Notes under the pieces: model-generated
The model's database searches: none
Told to the model about the DNA's origin: nothing
The model's input: only the letters and a program-made list of their open reading frames with translations
Shown: positions 47,356 through 49,502 of the stretch, piece by piece
How the letters are laid out: each line of letters starts with the position of its first letter
Numbering within the stretch: the first letter of the stretch is position 1
Position numbers and translations under genes: made by a program
NCBI RefSeq assembly: GCF_001194135.2
Contig: NC_068993.1
Location: 43,768,485 to 43,817,986 of the forward strand
Reading direction: 5' to 3'
DNA length: 49,502 nucleotides
Source of the DNA: Octopus bimaculoides
Lineage: Eukaryota

Positions 47356-49458
47356 TTCCCCGAAAGCAATTCGAGCTAAAATACCCAAGCCCTCTAACAC
47401 AGTATAAGAAAAAAAGAAAATGTCCTTCATAGACATACCCATAAAGGCATANNNNNNNNNNATCCGAATATATAAAAATTTCCGGTGAAAGTGTTTTGGA
47501 ATGGGGGTGGGGGACAATTTTCGGAAATTCCAACAGAGTCCACTTAAATTCTTCTTAACTTCCAGGAAAATTAATATTTTTTCGTGAAATTTTCTACAAA
47601 TATACCTTGATGTATGTACATTTCGAGCATGTAGGAATTTTGAAGGAAACAACTGCAGGTTATTTTTGAGAAGCGTTCCCCACTCGGTGAACACTGGAAA
47701 CGAAGAAGCATCGAAATGTTCCCTCCATCATGAAAACCGAAAAAAAAAAAAAAATAAATCAATCAAATGTTCATTTAAAAATAAAATACAAATACATTAA
47801 ATGAAAAGATCACAGGTCTTTATAAATATTTTTGTTTTTCAAAAAATAAACATTACATATATCTACTAAAAAATTATATTAGAGAAAATCAATGAAAATA
47901 TATTACTGGAATGAATGGGAGAGCAGGTTCACCGAAGGAGCCCCTATGCTTACACGACCTGCTTGAAATAGCAGACAAATCTCCCTCAACGTAGCCTTTG
48001 TTTTTATGACTCCTTGAATGTGAAAGCACTTTTTAATCATAAAGTAGGGGTTTTCAGAGCGAAAGTAAATTAGTGGAAGTCGAGTATCGGCTAGATTATT
48101 ACATAACATCCAGTGTGACGTCATCATTGAAATTGGATCCATCATATACATTAATTACATTCGTAATTAACGTGACCAAAGTATGACCATTAACTACACA
48201 AGTATATAAAATGTATCATAAAATGTTTATAGAAGAGAACGTTTAACAGCAAATCACTTTCATGGGGGACCTGGAAATGAGGAAACGACTCGCCCTTAAA
48301 CTATACCCTATTACCTTAACAAAAAGGTATGCTTGGTAAAGAAATCGCTGGAATGCTTTAGATCCTGTTTACAGAATGAAAACTGACCTGGGACTACACA
48401 ACAAACAGTTAATGGGTCAAGGAAGAAGCTTCTACTTGAGTTAAGGGTCATCTGCGGTCCGCTGACCCTCTGAATGGCACACCTAACGCAAAATTACCTT
48501 TAAACATTTTAGTAATGCAGCTCGCCTGATGTGCGGCTGGTTTTTCGAAAAAGATTGCCTATATCTGTTGCATATTCTCACTCGAAATATTAGAAATAGC
48601 AGCAAAATCTCCCTCAAACCATATCCTAATGTCTAAAAAAAGGAGTCACATTGGATAGTTTTGCTTGGAGTGTGCTGTTCCAGCAGAAAAGACGGTATCA
48701 TTAACACTACTGTAGCCTTTCAAGGAAACCCTCTCACTGAAGTTCTAATGTAATCAATGAAGAGAATATGTTCTCGCAAGAAATGAGAACGAGCACGAGA
48801 TTTCAAAAAATGTAAACGAAATGGCGCCGTCCACATGTTCCAAGAAGATTCGAGTGTTATAAAACAATTGGTATGTTTGACATTATCTCTTCGGTTTTTT
48901 CCGATTTCTAATTACGAAAAAAAGTAAGTCTTAGGTGAATACTCAAAACTATATTGCAGACATTCCGGCGATCACTCTACATGTTATGAATAACAGCTAA
49001 ATCGCTATCAAATCACATCTTAGCATTCTTAAAAAAGAATGCGAAGAGAGATTGCTTAATGTTTCTTTCTAGATGCACTGAAAACACAGGACGAAATAGT
49101 ATAGCCATGGCGACTCACGACTCCAGTACATATTTCATCTGAGCGCTTAATTTATCGATATCTATTTTATAAATCTCCGAAAGGAACATAAACATACATA
49201 GATACATATATGGTACGTTTTGCGCTGACTGTCAGAAAAAAAAGAGTGCTCGGTACCATAGTACTGATTGATAATATTTTTGTTTTGATCGAGTCAGTCA
49301 CTTGCTAGGCTATGTTTTTGCCTGTGGGTACACAGGGTCTTCAGACAAGGGACCTGTGTGTGTGTGTGTACGTTTTCATTTTTCCCGAGCGTCAAACTAA
49401 TACTCTTACTTATTATTCATACACCTGTCTTCGGCTTTTGTTTTTCTATAAATTTCAC

Positions 49459-49502
<44 letters not shown>

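Noticed and set aside
47903-48151. Continuation of the Tigger transposase (LIYFRSENP, QGVIKTKA-like words on the minus strand)
   Set aside because: It is on the opposite strand to the 45690 remnant, the motif spacing is wrong, and the matches are too short to support.

Overview
Eukaryotic, AT-rich, repeat-dense genomic DNA from a draft assembly with five N-gaps (10126-10135, 12862-13173, 41686-41851, 44051-44723, 47452-47461). The repeat families suggest a coleoid cephalopod, most likely Octopus (inference, not database-checked). One complete protein-coding gene can be built by hand on the minus strand: the RBM26/RBM27-family RNA-binding protein (Drosophila swm-like). It has 22 coding exons from ATG 41548 to TAA 2130-2132, all introns GT-AG with consistent phases, 3108 nt or about 1035 aa. 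Domain order: PWI-like N-terminus, RS region, CCCH zinc finger, Pro-rich region, RRM1, coiled coil, RGG, RRM2, acidic tail ending SRSWRR. Most exons are missed by the supplied ORF track. Introns and flanks hold at least three tRNA-headed SINE families, 5'-truncated RTE LINEs, a decayed CR1/Jockey-group LINE, a Helitron helicase remnant, TTAA-flanked and TIR MITEs, a pogo/Tigger transposase remnant interrupted by an L1/Tx1-like ORF1, and microsatellites. I see no convincing new multi-gene system. The most notable unexplained structures are an 89-bp near-perfect intronic hairpin (20151-20347), a templated insertion copied from 1.6 kb away with a 19-bp palindrome (20886-20947), and a 5'-inverted RTE insertion with twin-priming geometry (about 11585-12180). 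Protein-family calls rest on remembered motifs; no database searches were run.
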